Shown: positions 23,038 to 31,674 of the stretch, one piece after another
Layout of the letters: every line of letters starts with the position of its first letter
How positions within the stretch are numbered: position 1 is the first letter of the stretch
Source: Escherichia coli
Lineage (GTDB): Bacteria > Pseudomonadota > Gammaproteobacteria > Enterobacterales > Enterobacteriaceae
Length of the DNA: 64,000 nucleotides
Reading direction: 5' to 3' (one strand)
Assembly (NCBI RefSeq): GCF_046105845.1
Contig: NZ_CP151004.1
Made by a program: the position numbers and the translations under genes
The notes under the pieces: model-generated
What the model saw: the letters and a program-made list of their open reading frames with translations, nothing else
What the model was told of the DNA's origin: nothing
Database searches by the model: none

Positions 23038-24471
23038 TTAACCCAGTTGCCAGAGTGCTCCATGTTGCAGCACAGCCACTCCGTGGGAGGCATAGAGCGA
23101 CAGTTCCCGTTCTTCTGGCTGCGGATAGATTCGGCTACTCATCACCGTTTCCCCGTCGTTAATAAATACTTCCACGGATGATGTATCGATAAATATCCTT
23201 AGGGCGAGCGTGTCACCCTGCGGGAGGGGAATACTACGGTAGCCGTCTAAATTCTCGTGTGGGTAATATCGCCACAAAACAAGTCGCTCAGATTGGTTAT
23301 CAATATACAGCCGCATTCCAGTGCCGAGCTGTAATCCGTAATGTTCGGCATCACTGTTCTTCAGCGCCCACTGCAACTGAATCTCAACTGCTTGCGCGTT
23401 TTCCTGCAAAACATATTTATTGCTGATTGTGCGGGGAGAGATAGATTGATGCTGCTGGCGTAACGACTCAGCTTCGTGTACCGGGCGTTGTAGGAGTTTG
23501 CCATTGCTCTCTGATAGCTCGCGCGCCAGCGTCATGCAGCCTGCCCAGCCTTCACGTTTTGAGGGCATTGGCGATTCCCACATATCCATCCAGCCGATAA
23601 CAATACGCCGACCATCCTTCGCTACAAAGCTTTGTGGTGCATAAAAGTCATGCCCGTTATCAAGTTCAGTAAAATGCCCGGATTGTGCAAAAAGTCGTCC
23701 AGGCGACCAAATTCCGGGTATTACGCCACTTTGAAAGCGATTTCGATAACTGTATCCCTCGGCATTCATTCCCTGCGGGGAAAACATCAGATAATGCTGA
23801 TCGCCAAGGCTGAAAAAGTCCGGACATTCCCACATATAGCTTTCACCCGCATCAGCGTGGGCCAGTACGCGATCGAAAGTCCATTCACGCAATGAACTGC
23901 CGCGATAAAGCAGGATCTGCCCCGTGTTGCCTGGGTCTTTCGCCCCGACTACCATCCACCATGTGTCGGCTTCACGCCACACTTTAGGATCGCGGAAGTG
24001 CATGATGCCTTCTGGTGGAGTGAGGATCACACCCTGTTTCTCGAAATGAATACCATCCCGACTGGTAGCCAGACATTGTACTTCGCGAATTGCATCGTCA
24101 TTACCTGCACCATCGAGCCAGACGTGTCCGGTGTAGATAAGTGAGAGGACACCATTGTCATCGACAGCACTACCTGAAAAACACCCGTCTTTGTCATTCT
24201 CGTCTCCTGGCGCTAGCGCAATAGGCTCATGCTGCCAGTGGATCATATCGTCGCTGGTGGCATGTCCCCAGTGCATTGGCCCCCAGTGTTCGCTCATCGG
24301 GTGATGTTGATAAAACGCGTGATAACGATCGTTAAACCAGATCAGGCCGTTTGGATCGTTCATCCACCCGGCAGGAGGCGCGAGGTGAAAATGGGGATAG
24401 AAAGTGTTACCTCGGCGCTCGTGAAGTTTTGCTAGTGCGTTTTGCGCCGCATGTAATCGAGATTGCGTCAT
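23038..24471 (-). CDS. cscA: sucrose-6-phosphate hydrolase / invertase (GH32)
   Basis: ORF track 23038..24480; start placed at MTQSRLHAAQ...; GH32 motifs (WMNDPNG, FRDP, WECPD). Confidence 0.9.
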   Translation of the reverse strand: MTQSRLHAAQNALAKLHERRGNTFYPHFHLAPPAGWMNDPNGLIWFNDRYHAFYQHHPMSEHWGPMHWGHATSDDMIHWQHEPIALAPGDENDKDGCFSGSAVDDNGVLSLIYTGHVWLDGAGNDDAIREVQCLATSRDGIHFEKQGVILTPPEGIMHFRDPKVWREADTWWMVVGAKDPGNTGQILLYRGSSLREWTFDRVLAHADAGESYMWECPDFFSLGDQHYLMFSPQGMNAEGYSYRNRFQSGVIPGIWSPGRLFAQSGHFTELDNGHDFYAPQSFVAKDGRRIVIGWMDMWESPMPSKREGWAGCMTLARELSESNGKLLQRPVHEAESLRQQHQSISPRTISNKYVLQENAQAVEIQLQWALKNSDAEHYGLQLGTGMRLYIDNQSERLVLWRYYPHENLDGYRSIPLPQGDTLALRIFIDTSSVEVFINDGETVMSSRIYPQPEERELSLYASHGVAVLQHGALWQLG

Positions 24472-24505
24472 TTTTATCATCCTGGTTAAGCAAACTTGGT
24501 GAATT

Positions 24506-24581
24506 GTTAACGTTAACCTTTATAAAAATAAAGTCCCTTGCTTTCATAAATGCGATGAATATCACAAATGTTAACGTTAAC
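24506..24581. promoter_or_regulatory. cscA-cscKB divergent promoter region with two identical 12-bp palindromes (candidate CscR operators)
   Basis: GTTAACGTTAAC occurs at 24506-24517 and 24570-24581; each is a perfect palindrome. Confidence 0.55.
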
Positions 24582-24686
24582 TATGACGTTTTGTGATCGA
24601 ATATGCATGTTTTAGTAAATCCATGACGATTTTGCGAAAAAGAGGTTTATCACTATGCGTAAGTCAGATGAATTTAAGGGAAAAAA

Positions 24687-25610
24687 ATGTCAGCCAAAGT
24701 ATGGGTTTTAGGGGATGCGGTCGTAGATCTCTTGCCAGAATCAGACGGGCGGCTACTGCCTTGTCCTGGCGGTGCGCCAGCTAACGTTGCGGTGGGAATC
24801 GCCAGATTAGGCGGAATAAGTGGGTTTATAGGTCGGGTGGGGGATGATCCTTTTGGTGCGTTAATGCAAAGAACGCTGCTAACTGAGGGTGTCGATATCA
24901 CGTATCTGAAGCAAGATGAATGGCACCGGACATCCACGGTGCTTGTCGATCTGAACGATCAAGGAGAACGTTCATTTACGTTTATGGTCCGCCCCAGTGC
25001 CGATCTTTTTTTAGAGACGACAGACTTGCCCTGCTGGCGACATGGCGAATGGTTACATCTCTGTTCAATTGCGTTGTCTGCCGAGCCTTCGCGTACCAGC
25101 GCATTTACAGCGATGACGGCGATCCGGCATGCCGGAGGTTTTGTCAGCTTCGATCCCAATATTCGTGAAGATCTATGGCAAGACGAGCATTTGCTCCGCT
25201 TGTGTTTGCGGCAGGCGCTACAACTGGCGGATGTCGTCAAGCTCTCGGAAGAAGAATGGCGACTTATCAGTGGAAAAACACAGAACGATCGGGATATATG
25301 CGCCCTGGCAAAAGAGTATGAGATCGCCATGCTGTTGGTGACTAAAGGTGCAGAAGGGGTGGTGGTCTGTTATCGAGGACAAGTTCACCATTTTGCTGGA
25401 ATGTCTGTGAATTGTGTCGATAGCACGGGGGCGGGAGATGCGTTCGTTGCCGGGTTACTCACAGGTCTGTCCTCTACGGGATTATCTACAGATGAAAGAG
25501 AAATGCGACAAATTATCGATCTCGCTCAACGTTGCGGAGCGCTTGCAGTAACAGCGAAAGGGGCAATGACAGCGCTGCCATGTCGACAAGAACTGGAAAG
25601 TGAGAAGTAA
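24687..25610 (+). CDS. cscK: fructokinase (PfkB/ribokinase family)
   Basis: 307-aa ORF with PfkB signatures (GGAPANVAVG, DSTGAGDAF). Confidence 0.9.
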   Translation: MSAKVWVLGDAVVDLLPESDGRLLPCPGGAPANVAVGIARLGGISGFIGRVGDDPFGALMQRTLLTEGVDITYLKQDEWHRTSTVLVDLNDQGERSFTFMVRPSADLFLETTDLPCWRHGEWLHLCSIALSAEPSRTSAFTAMTAIRHAGGFVSFDPNIREDLWQDEHLLRLCLRQALQLADVVKLSEEEWRLISGKTQNDRDICALAKEYEIAMLLVTKGAEGVVVCYRGQVHHFAGMSVNCVDSTGAGDAFVAGLLTGLSSTGLSTDEREMRQIIDLAQRCGALAVTAKGAMTALPCRQELESEK

Positions 25611-25671
25611 ACGGCGAGGCCGCTCTTATCTCTAAATAGGACATGAATTTTTTAACGACAGGCAGGTAATT

Positions 25672-26919
25672 ATGGCACTGAATATTCCATTCAGAAATGC
25701 GTACTATCGTTTTGCATCCAGTTACTCATTTCTCTTTTTTATTTCCTGGTCGCTGTGGTGGTCGTTATACGCTATTTGGCTGAAAGGACATCTAGGATTA
25801 ACAGGGACTGAATTAGGTACACTTTATTCGGTCAACCAGTTTACCAGCATTCTATTTATGATGTTCTACGGCATCGTTCAGGATAAACTCGGTCTGAAGA
25901 AACCGCTCATCTGGTGTATGAGTTTCATTCTGGTCTTGACCGGACCGTTTATGATTTACGTTTATGAACCGTTACTGCAAAGCAATTTTTCTGTAGGTCT
26001 AATTCTGGGGGCGCTCTTTTTTGGCCTGGGGTATCTGGCGGGATGCGGTTTGCTTGACAGCTTCACTGAAAAAATGGCGCGAAATTTTCATTTCGAATAT
26101 GGAACAGCGCGCGCCTGGGGATCTTTTGGCTATGCTATTGGCGCGTTCTTTGCCGGTATATTTTTTAGTATCAGTCCCCATATCAACTTCTGGTTGGTCT
26201 CGCTATTTGGCGCTGTATTTATGATGATCAACATGCGTTTTAAAGATAAGGATCACCAGTGCATAGCGGCGGATGCGGGAGGGGTAAAAAAAGAGGATTT
26301 TATCGCAGTTTTCAAGGATCGAAACTTCTGGGTTTTTGTCATATTTATTGTGGGGACGTGGTCTTTCTATAACATTTTTGATCAACAACTCTTTCCTGTC
26401 TTTTATGCAGGTTTATTCGAATCACACGATGTAGGAACGCGCCTGTATGGTTATCTCAACTCATTCCAGGTGGTACTCGAAGCGCTGTGCATGGCGATTA
26501 TTCCTTTCTTTGTGAATCGGGTAGGGCCAAAAAATGCATTACTTATCGGTGTTGTGATTATGGCGTTGCGTATCCTTTCCTGCGCGCTGTTCGTTAACCC
26601 CTGGATTATTTCATTAGTGAAGCTGTTACATGCCATTGAGGTTCCACTTTGTGTCATATCCGTCTTCAAATACAGCGTGGCAAACTTTGATAAGCGCCTG
26701 TCGTCGACGATCTTTCTGATTGGTTTTCAAATTGCCAGTTCGCTTGGGATTGTGCTGCTTTCAACGCCGACTGGGATACTCTTTGACCACGCAGGCTACC
26801 AGACAGTTTTCTTCGCAATTTCGGGTATTGTCTGCCTGATGTTGCTATTTGGCATTTTCTTCTTGAGTAAAAAACGCGAGCAAATAGTTATGGAAACGCC
26901 TGTACCTTCAGCAATATAG
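25672..26919 (+). CDS. cscB: sucrose:H+ symporter (MFS, LacY family)
   Basis: 415-aa 12-TM ORF, LacY-like. Confidence 0.9.
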   Translation: MALNIPFRNAYYRFASSYSFLFFISWSLWWSLYAIWLKGHLGLTGTELGTLYSVNQFTSILFMMFYGIVQDKLGLKKPLIWCMSFILVLTGPFMIYVYEPLLQSNFSVGLILGALFFGLGYLAGCGLLDSFTEKMARNFHFEYGTARAWGSFGYAIGAFFAGIFFSISPHINFWLVSLFGAVFMMINMRFKDKDHQCIAADAGGVKKEDFIAVFKDRNFWVFVIFIVGTWSFYNIFDQQLFPVFYAGLFESHDVGTRLYGYLNSFQVVLEALCMAIIPFFVNRVGPKNALLIGVVIMALRILSCALFVNPWIISLVKLLHAIEVPLCVISVFKYSVANFDKRLSSTIFLIGFQIASSLGIVLLSTPTGILFDHAGYQTVFFAISGIVCLMLLFGIFFLSKKREQIVMETPVPSAI

Positions 26920-27360
26920 ACGTAAACTTTTTCCGGTTGTTGTCGATATCTCCATATCCCTCAACCGGAAAATAGTAATACAAAAATGCTTAGCCCAACT
27001 AATAATCACCTAATCCAAACGCCTCATTCATGTTCTGGTACAGTCGCTCAAATGTACTCCGGATACGCGGTTCGCTGATTTCCAGGACATTGTCGTCATT
27101 CAGCGACCTGTCCCGAGTATCACGGGCCTGCGAATTCATCAAGGAATGCATTGCAGAGTGAAGTATCGAGTCACGCCATATTTCGCTATCAGGATTCTGT
27201 ATGATGGTTACATCGCCCGGCCCAGGGCTGTTTAGTCATCAGCGCTTTCTGACAGTGCTGAGATTTCAACCTGTTGCAGTAAAAATGAGTAGATATAGGG
27301 CAAGTGTGCTGCCAAACCCATCTTTTACGGGGTGAAGGTAGATATTGTTAGAAGGGTATC

Positions 27361-27375
27361 TGGTGTCCCCTGCAG
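27361..27375 (-). repeat. attR core: duplicated 3' end of tRNA-Arg (argW)
   Basis: TGGTGTCCCCTGCAG is the reverse complement of the argW acceptor 3' end CTGCAGGGGACACCA (recalled tRNA sequence). Confidence 0.7.
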
Positions 27376-27448
27376 ACATCTACTTGACGCGGCAGGGGAT
27401 TGATTGGAATGGTGTTTTTTGGATGTGAGAAATATTTTACCCGCTATT

Positions 27449-27649
27449 TTACCCATTGGCGCGGCTTAAGAGCTTATTTTTGAATTCACAATGGTCACGA
27501 TATAACCATCTTGCTCGCCCGTGGATAACTTTAGCTTTTGGCAGGTCGCCGGACTTAATCCGGTCATAGATGAAGGTTTTACCGAAGCCAGTATCGGCCA
27601 TGATGAATTTCAAATCAACCAGTGAATCAGGTTGTAGTTCGTGTTGCAT
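27449..27649 (-). CDS. torI: excisionase / recombination directionality factor (TorI family, winged helix)
   Basis: 66-aa product MQHELQPDSLVDLKFIMADTGFGKTFIYDRIKSGDLPKAKVIHGRARWLYRDHCEFKNKLLSRANG matches recalled K-12 KplE1 TorI; the ORF track gives a longer 27449..27664 version. Confidence 0.85.
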   Translation of the reverse strand: MQHELQPDSLVDLKFIMADTGFGKTFIYDRIKSGDLPKAKVIHGRARWLYRDHCEFKNKLLSRANG

Positions 27650-27706
27650 GAGTGCTATCTCCAAATAGGGAATCGAACCTGCAAATCAGGCAATAAAAAA
27701 CCGCCA

Positions 27707-27874
27707 TCAGGCGGCTTGATGTTCTTTCAGTTCTTCAATTCGAATATTGGTTACGTCTGCATGTGCTATCTGCGCCCATATCATCCAGTGGTCATAGCAG
27801 TCGTTGATGTTCTCTGCTTCGATAACTCTGTTGAATGGTTCTCCATTCCATTCACCTGTGACTCGGAAGTGCAT
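27707..27874 (-). CDS. small hypothetical prophage protein (55 aa)
   Basis: ORF MHFRVTGEWNGEPFNRVIEAENINDCYDHWMIWAQIAHADVTNIRIEELKEHQAA, below the ORF-track cut-off; followed on the minus strand by hairpin CCGCC-TGAT-GGCGG plus T-run. Confidence 0.4.
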   Translation of the reverse strand: MHFRVTGEWNGEPFNRVIEAENINDCYDHWMIWAQIAHADVTNIRIEELKEHQAA

Positions 27875-27962
27875 TTATCATCTCCATAAAACAAAACCCT
27901 CCGTAGCGAGTTCAGATAAAAGAAATCCCCGCGAATGCGAGGATTGTTATGTAATATTTGGT

Positions 27963-28244
27963 TTAATCATCTATATGTTTTGTACAGAGAGGGCAAGTAT
28001 CGTTTCCACCGTACTCGTGATAATAATTTTGCACGGTAGCAGTCATTTCTCGCACATTGCAGAATGGGGATTTGTCTTCATTAGACTTATAAACCTTCAT
28101 GGAATATTTGTATGCCGACTCTATATCTATACCTTCATCTACATAAACACCTTCGTGATGTCTGCATGGAGACAAGACACCGGATCTGCACAACATTGAT
28201 AACGCCCAATCTTTTTGCTCAGACTCTAACTCATTGATACTCAT
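27963..28244 (-). CDS. hypothetical Cys-rich protein (93 aa)
   Basis: ORF with AAGGAG RBS 8 nt upstream; five Cys including a CPLC pair; AT-rich; about 200 bp untranslated upstream. Confidence 0.5.
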   Translation of the reverse strand: MSINELESEQKDWALSMLCRSGVLSPCRHHEGVYVDEGIDIESAYKYSMKVYKSNEDKSPFCNVREMTATVQNYYHEYGGNDTCPLCTKHIDD

Positions 28245-28446
28245 TTATAAACTCCTTGCAATGTATGTCGTTTCAGCTAAACGGTATCAGCAATGTTTAT
28301 GTAAAGAAACAGTAAGATAATACTCAACCCGATGTTTGAGTACGGTCATCATCTGACACTACAGACTCTGGCATCGCTGTGAAGACGACGCGAAATTCAG
28401 CATTTTCACAAGCGTTATTTTTTACAAACCCGTATTCCTGCTCATA

Positions 28447-29070
28447 TCACTCTCCTTTGATGCGAATACCAGCAGTGCGCTCGGCTTCACTTTGTTCCCA
28501 AAACCACTTGTGAAGCTCCATAAGCTTTTCGTCAATCGGTGCATATTTGCGATTAAAGTAGGCCTGAGCATCTTTCTCAGATTCGTCCGGCAATTCGCCT
28601 GGGCCAAACAGTGTGTTATAAATCCATGCCAGTCCGCTTTTAGCGTCGCCAGTTGCCTGCCATTCGATAATCGCAGCCTGCATGACCAGAATGTTTTTCC
28701 CGATTAACAGGTCCAGTTCTTTGAACCGGTTGCGGATGTATGCATTCTCGCTTTGTAATTTTGCGTTGCGCTTCTCTGCGGCTTCCAGCTCAACACGCAG
28801 TTTCCCTACCGCTAGCGCAATTTCCTCGTTCTCCTGGTCGCGGCGTTTGATGTATTGCTGGTTTCTTTCCCGTTCATCCAGTAGTGCCAGCACGGTTTCT
28901 GGTCCGGCCAGAAATTTGAAGGCGTTGAGCGCATCAATATCCACACCGTAATCTTTAAGTTCCTGTTCACTTAACAAATCATCATCAGCTGGCAACATTA
29001 ACAGGCGTTCCATTGCTGGAATTGCACGTTCCGCCACCTCACGCAGTGCCTGGTAATTAATTTCGCTCAC
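28447..29070 (-). CDS. hypothetical prophage early protein, Ea22-like coiled-coil
   Basis: 207-aa ORF in the PL-distal region; central coiled-coil (ALAVGKLRVELEAAEKRNAKLQSEN); family assignment is by resemblance only. Confidence 0.5.
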   Translation of the reverse strand: MSEINYQALREVAERAIPAMERLLMLPADDDLLSEQELKDYGVDIDALNAFKFLAGPETVLALLDERERNQQYIKRRDQENEEIALAVGKLRVELEAAEKRNAKLQSENAYIRNRFKELDLLIGKNILVMQAAIIEWQATGDAKSGLAWIYNTLFGPGELPDESEKDAQAYFNRKYAPIDEKLMELHKWFWEQSEAERTAGIRIKGE

Positions 29071-29516
29071 TGGTTGCCTCCTTTGCGAAGCTGGGCAGCA
29101 AAGTCACGGATAGTGTCATCAAGGTCTGGGCACAACAGATGGTCAGCAAACATCTCTACCCCCTGCGCCCGTACTTCAGCCAGGAAAGCATCGGTGGTTG
29201 GGGTTTCAGTAACATCATCTTCCCATTCGCCAAACTCCTCACGACAAAAGTCATTAAATTCCTTCTCAGATTGCTTAAGCGAGGTATTTTCTGCAGCCAT
29301 CTTCGCGCATTTAGCCTCAAGGTTATCAATCGTGATTCCAGCAGAACGACACTCCCGCAACGCCGTTTCCAGTTTTGATTCAAGCTCACCGAACTTACGC
29401 ACCAGATATTCAGCGTTTGTTTCGTTAACCTTTAAATCTCGTGGAAAGCATTTACCTTTCAGAAAACCATCCATCTCAATTAGTGACATTAGTTTCATTT
29501 CTTCCCACTCCGCCAC
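29067..29516 (-). CDS. hypothetical prophage early protein (Ea22-like N-terminal type)
   Basis: 149-aa ORF overlapping the next gene by 4 bp (ATGA). Confidence 0.5.
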   Translation of the reverse strand: MAEWEEMKLMSLIEMDGFLKGKCFPRDLKVNETNAEYLVRKFGELESKLETALRECRSAGITIDNLEAKCAKMAAENTSLKQSEKEFNDFCREEFGEWEDDVTETPTTDAFLAEVRAQGVEMFADHLLCPDLDDTIRDFAAQLRKGGNQ

Positions 29517-29655
29517 ATAGCATTCAGATATTTGTTGTCATTAACAGAACCGAAACTATTTCTCTTAAGTAATTCCTCTCTCGATGGCATTGGCTTTACG
29601 CGTTGGCGAATAATCATTTCTGCCGGAAGAATGCCGGGATTGTATGCAAGTCCTC

Positions 29656-29946
29656 TCATGATTTACTCTCCACGAACTGGTCAACAGCCATGCTAAGTGA
29701 CACACCTAAAGTCTCGATATGTTGCTGAATATCCTGTAGCGTCTGCGCCTGAGATAACAGGATTTCACGGTTGCATAACTCTTTAGCCAGATGCTCAAAC
29801 TTGCTGTAATAACCGATACGACTTAGTGTTTCTTTGCCTGCATTCTCGCCTTCTTTGATAATTCCTCTTTCGCTAAGAATCAGATCGTGTTTGGTTCCGG
29901 TAATAACGTATTTTCCGAGGTCGATGTTTAGCTTCATTGTTTTCAT
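29656..29946 (-). CDS. hypothetical early protein (96 aa), in the position of P22 abc genes
   Basis: ORF track 29656..30099; start placed at the internal ATG with GAGGAA RBS ([17 protein letters not shown]...); functional assignment is by synteny with erf only. Confidence 0.45.
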   Translation of the reverse strand: MKTMKLNIDLGKYVITGTKHDLILSERGIIKEGENAGKETLSRIGYYSKFEHLAKELCNREILLSQAQTLQDIQQHIETLGVSLSMAVDQFVESKS

Positions 29947-29956
29947 TGTTAATTCC

Positions 29957-30253
29957 TCAGTCATTACTGATAGCGCCATAGCGTGAGCGGTAATTACGCA
30001 GGCGCGGGTCGATATATTCAGGGAAGTGGGTATATGTGGCTTTGCGGAATGGTCGGATTGATGTCTGGTAAATTCGCTCGCGTTCTTCTTTCTCTGCAAG
30101 CCATATACAATGGCGAAATTCCTTTTCCTCTTTCGTTTCCTGCGGTAGCGACATTATCCGGTCGTAGTTTTTCCTGAATTTATCCAGCACCTCCGATACG
30201 GAATTGCCGGAACAGCGGCGCGGGTCATCCGCACCATACAGAGGCGCTGGCAT
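29957..30253 (-). CDS. hypothetical early protein (98 aa), in the position of P22 abc genes
   Basis: ORF in the PL operon downstream of erf. Confidence 0.45.
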   Translation of the reverse strand: MPAPLYGADDPRRCSGNSVSEVLDKFRKNYDRIMSLPQETKEEKEFRHCIWLAEKEERERIYQTSIRPFRKATYTHFPEYIDPRLRNYRSRYGAISND

Positions 30254-30276
30254 AATGGAATCCTTATGTTGCTAAT

Positions 30277-30660
30277 TTAGAAGGGAATTGAATCGTCGTA
30301 TTCAGGATGATTTTGATGATTGCTACTTTGTTGCTGTTGGCTGTTTCCTGAAGTTGCAAATCCAATCTTTGCATTCAGTAATTCAAGAGTGATTGATTGA
30401 CCATTTTGCCCCTGATAAACATCAACCCTGATGTTTTCTCCGGTAATTTCTACAATGCCACCTTCAACAAGAACACTACGGTAGTAATCCGCTTGCGCTC
30501 CCGGCTTGGCAAATACAACGGCGCTGTAGTTTGTCCATTCTTTCTTTTTTGTCTGGCGATCGTAATACTGAACGCCAGCACGGATGTTGAATCCGATATT
30601 TTCCCCGGCCTGAAACTCTCTTGCGGGCTTGTTTAGTCTTACAGTAATCGAATGTGCCAT
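30277..30660 (-). CDS. hypothetical early protein (127 aa), possibly OB-fold-like
   Basis: Start ATG overlaps the erf stop (TAATG coupling); product MAHSITVRLNKPAREFQAGENIGFNIRAGVQYYDRQTKKKEW... Confidence 0.5.
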   Translation of the reverse strand: MAHSITVRLNKPAREFQAGENIGFNIRAGVQYYDRQTKKKEWTNYSAVVFAKPGAQADYYRSVLVEGGIVEITGENIRVDVYQGQNGQSITLELLNAKIGFATSGNSQQQQSSNHQNHPEYDDSIPF

Positions 30661-31265
30661 TAAGCAGCCGCTCCTTCTAATTCGTCTCGTCTGATGTTGT
30701 AAACGTCCTGCGCTTTGTGCTGCTCCGGTGTGCCTTCGAGCATCTTCCACGCTTTGGCGAACGCCTGTTTAAGCTCTTCTACGGTGTTTTTCTGCAATGC
30801 TGCGTCAGTGAATGCTTTTAGAACCTGTTCAGATGTAGGTGATGGTTTTGATTGCTTTGCTGCTGCGTTCTGCTGATGTTTATGCTCGTCGGTATCTGCA
30901 TCTTTCGCATCATCAATGCCGAACAAACCATTGAGGCAATACTTGCGTGCATAAGAGCTTGTAGCTCCAGTAACTTGTGCAGAATCCATTCCTTTCTTGC
31001 TTTCTTCCTCTCGTGCAAGGGCGGTTGCTGTATGACTGTTTTCGCCATCAGTAATAGTTGCTGTTGCTTTCACGTAATACCGATCACCAATCAACACAAC
31101 TTCATCGCTGATTGATAAAAACAGGCCATTCAGTAACGGCTTAACGCCTTCAAGAATGTCTTCGCAGCTTCTGTATTTATATTTACCGAATGAGTTGTAC
31201 TGATTCTTTGGCGCGTTCAGATTCTCCTGAATGGCTGCCAGTCTTGCGTAAAATTCTTTGCTCAT
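30660..31265 (-). CDS. erf: ssDNA-annealing recombinase (Erf family)
   Basis: Product MSKEFYARLAAIQENLNAPKNQYNSFGKYKYRSCEDILEGVKPLL... closely matches recalled P22 Erf; ORF track 30660..31295 with an upstream alternative start. Confidence 0.85.
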   Translation of the reverse strand: MSKEFYARLAAIQENLNAPKNQYNSFGKYKYRSCEDILEGVKPLLNGLFLSISDEVVLIGDRYYVKATATITDGENSHTATALAREEESKKGMDSAQVTGATSSYARKYCLNGLFGIDDAKDADTDEHKHQQNAAAKQSKPSPTSEQVLKAFTDAALQKNTVEELKQAFAKAWKMLEGTPEQHKAQDVYNIRRDELEGAAA

Positions 31266-31366
31266 ATGTTTGTTCTCAGAATGGACACGGCCCAAGGAAA
31301 TAACGCTGATTTAATACTTCGACTCGGGACAAATTAAGGCATACCCGCATTCCTTCGCGGTCACCA

Positions 31367-31525
31367 TTATGGCGATACCAGAGAGCTTTCTGCGTGTACA
31401 TGCGTCTCTGTAACTTGCTCTCCTTCACTGTGGTTGCAAGTGACATGAATATCTCCTTCGTTACCGATTAAATCTTTCATCTGACGAATGAATTCTTCGT
31501 CTGACCAGTTATCTGTAAAACTCAT
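31367..31525 (-). CDS. small protein in the position of P22 arf (52 aa)
   Basis: ORF MSFTDNWSDEEFIRQMKDLIGNEGDIHVTCNHSEG... whose ATG overlaps the kil stop (ATGA); assignment by synteny. Confidence 0.35.
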   Translation of the reverse strand: MSFTDNWSDEEFIRQMKDLIGNEGDIHVTCNHSEGEQVTETHVHAESSLVSP

Positions 31526-31674
31526 TTCCTGCGATACCACGGAAGGTTGATAGCTGATTTCATCGCTTTATTTGCTTCAAGCCACATTTTGGAATCACCA
31601 ATAAATCTGGCTATTACTGCTTTGTTTTGTGCCGCACGAAGCATCTGGTGATTAATGGCTATTTCATTTCGCAT
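31522..31674 (-). CDS. kil: Kil-like host cell-division inhibitor (50 aa)
   Basis: ORF MRNEIAINHQMLRAAQNKAVIARFIGDSKMWLEANKAMKSAINLPWYRRK; the FIGD-KM...EA...A-K pattern resembles recalled lambda Kil; lies in the c3-kil-erf order. Confidence 0.45.
   Translation of the reverse strand: MRNEIAINHQMLRAAQNKAVIARFIGDSKMWLEANKAMKSAINLPWYRRK

Noticed and set aside
27361-27375. Possible complete tRNA-Arg gene at the prophage junction
   Set aside because: Only the 15-nt acceptor 3' end is present; no D-arm or anticodon arm follows, so it is an att core duplicate, not a tRNA gene. The intact argW is expected beyond the window end.
27650-27720. tRNA-like T-arm sequence (GGTTCGATTCC on the minus strand) as a phage-borne tRNA
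   Set aside because: No complementary acceptor or T-stem partner could be paired around it; kept only as a remnant or att homology.
31281-31447. 55-aa minus-strand ORF (MSLATTVKESKLQRRMYTQKALWYRHNGDREGMRVCLNLSRVEVLNQRYFLGPCPF) immediately upstream of erf
   Set aside because: Overlaps the arf-like ORF that is translationally coupled to kil, in a different frame; not called as a feature but cannot be excluded.
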